Below, piece by piece: positions 62,050 to 64,000 of a stretch of 64,000 bases of DNA; within the stretch, counting starts at the first letter, position 1; each line of letters begins with the position of its first letter. The position numbers and the translations under genes are program-made. The notes below the pieces were generated by a model, which searched no databases, had not been told where the DNA came from, and saw only the letters and a program-made list of their open reading frames with translations. Source of the stretch: Phyllosticta citribraziliensis (lineage: Eukaryota); contig NW_027117349.1 in NCBI RefSeq assembly GCF_038025025.1, forward strand, positions 1,054,001 through 1,118,000, in the 5' to 3' direction.

Positions 62050-63803
62050 ATGACACGTCCATCATCCCCCCACGATGTCGAAAAAGCAGCAATCTCGGCG
62101 CCAGCCTCGTCAAGCGATGGCATCGAAATGATGGAGCGAAGCACATCGATAGACAAAAATTCCGAAGACCGCCTACGGCCTGGAACGGAGCCAGACCAAA
62201 AAGAAATGGACTGCGCCAAAGTAGACGAAAAAGACCAAAATCAAAATCTCGTACGCAGACTTTGACTACTTCTCGCGTGCACACAGAATGGCAAACTGAC
62301 AGAGCAAAACAGGTGACGTGGAACGGCGATGCGGACCCCGAGAATCCCAAAAACTGGAGCAGAAACCGGAAATGGGTGGCCTGCGTGTTGCTCTCCCTCT
62401 TCAATTTCGTTGGTCCGCTCTCTTCTGCAATCGCTGCACCGGCACTGGATTCCATAGCTGCAGACCTCAACACGACAAACACGGTTGGTGTCATGATCCT
62501 ATCCATTTACATGCTCGCATTCTCCGTCGGACCGCTCTTCACCAGTCCCCTGAGTGAGCTGTATGGTCGTCTTTCCGTCTTGCAGATTTGCAACACATTT
62601 TTCTTCATCTTCAACACAGCGTGTGGTTTTGCTCGGTCGAGCAGCCAGATGCTGGCTTTCCGCTTCCTGTCCGGAATTGGCGGGTGTGCAGCGCAATCGG
62701 TATTCTCGCAAGCCAATCCTTTGGAGCATTCCTTTGCTGACACATTGAAAGATAGGCGGAGGCATTCTGAGCGACATGTTCACGCCTCTCGAACGTGGCA
62801 AGGCTCTCGCGGTGTATAGTATTGCCCCGCTCCTGGGACCCATCGTTGGTCCAGTCGCGGGTGGTTTTCTCGTCGAATACGTATCCTGGAAGTGGTGTTT
62901 CTGGATAATCTCTATCCTCGATGTCCTCGTACAAATTTGCGGACTCATCTGTCTTCGTGAGACTTACCCGCCGGTCCTATTGCAAAGAAAACGCGACGTT
63001 TTGATCAAAGAGACTGGGAACGCGGAGCTGAGAACGGAGTTTGATGGCAGCAAGGATTGGAAGCGACTGCTCAACGTCAATCTGCAGCGGCCATTCTTAC
63101 TGCTTGGAACTCAGCCCATAGTGCAAGTGATGAGCTTGTACATTGGATATGTTTATGGGCTGGCCTTTTTGGTCTCTGGTAAGATGAACTCACAGCTGGG
63201 GACGATCATTGCTGACAATTTCAAGCGACTTTCCCTATGGTCTGGGAGGGCGTGTATGACGAATCTCCCTCCATTGCATCTCTCAATTACATGTCGAGCG
63301 GAATAGGAGTCATAATCATGTCGCAATTGTCTCCTCGACTGGGCGATCGCATCTTCAAAAGACTCATTGCTCGCTCTCCCAACAACCAATCTCGCCCAGA
63401 GTTCCGCCTCCCATTGCTCTTCCTCGCCGCGACCATGTTGCCTGTCGGACTCCTGATCTATGGCTGGAGCGCAGAGAAAAGAGTCCACTGGATCGTACCA
63501 AATATTGGTGCCGCCATCTTCAGCGCAAGCACGTTTGTGACGTTCATGTGCGTCCAACAGTACTTGATCGACGCTTACACGGTCTATGCTGCCAGTGCAC
63601 TCGCTGCCTCGACCGTTCTGCGAGGGCTTTGCGGCTTTGCCATCCCCTTATTTGCGCCAAGCATGTACAAAGACCTCGGATTTGGTTGGGGAAACACGAT
63701 ACTGTCGGGGGTTGGGATTGTCGTCGGATTTCCGGGAGCTTTCATGCTTTGGAAGTGGGGTGCCGCTCTGCGAGCCAAAAGCCAATACGTGTCCAAGAAG
63801 TAA
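62050..63803 (+). CDS. MFS transporter, DHA1 drug:H+ antiporter family
   Basis: WNGDADPENPKNWS, PLSELYGR, AFRFLSGIGG, GPIVGPVAGG, ETYPPVLL, PEFRL; introns 62251-62312, 62700-62751, 63179-63225. Confidence 0.94.
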
Positions 63804-64000
63804 CACTGAGTTGAACCAAACTTTGAATGGGCCACCAGGGACACATGAATTGGCAAGATTTCAGGATTTGTGAGGGGCCGATCGCCGGCTGGATATGTCG
63901 ACGCACCAGTGCAAGTCGCCGACGCGTGTGACAAGCTTGGCCAAACGTCCAAGTACACGGCGACTTACCACAGATCCCAGACGCGGAGCAAGCATCCTAA

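Larger units (their letters stand above)
45372..63803. other. HR-PKS biosynthetic gene cluster (may continue beyond the window)
   Basis: Contiguous P450, P450, FAD oxidoreductase, PKS and MFS, bounded on the left by housekeeping ku80. Confidence 0.85.

Overview
Eukaryotic DNA from a filamentous ascomycete (Pezizomycotina), judged from short GT-AG introns with CTRAC branch sites and AT-rich, TpA-rich tracts typical of RIP (repeat-induced point mutation). 1-7.6 kb is an accessory region: a RIP-killed but still readable Tc1/mariner DD34E transposon carrying a nested solo-LTR-like insert, tandem decaying copies of an orphan gene, a RIPped foldback and other orphan pseudogenes. 8-45 kb holds a secreted large-subunit catalase, an intron-containing tRNA-Gly(GCC), an unknown protein, a secreted Kex2-type polyprotein, the m-AAA protease, a Ser/Thr-rich membrane protein, a DUF676-like hydrolase, a DUF4149 protein and Ku80. 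45-64 kb is a highly reducing PKS cluster (two P450s, a BBE-like FAD oxidoreductase, a KS-AT-DH-CMeT-ER-KR-ACP PKS and an MFS transporter). The most unusual signal is non-coding: the motif GAAYGCTCC forms phased arrays with a ~33 bp period at three separate intergenic loci (79-290, 15553-15665, 27272-27385), the first with unique 20-22 nt spacers, and recurs as single copies through the PKS cluster. All coordinates and counts were read by eye; no database searches were run.
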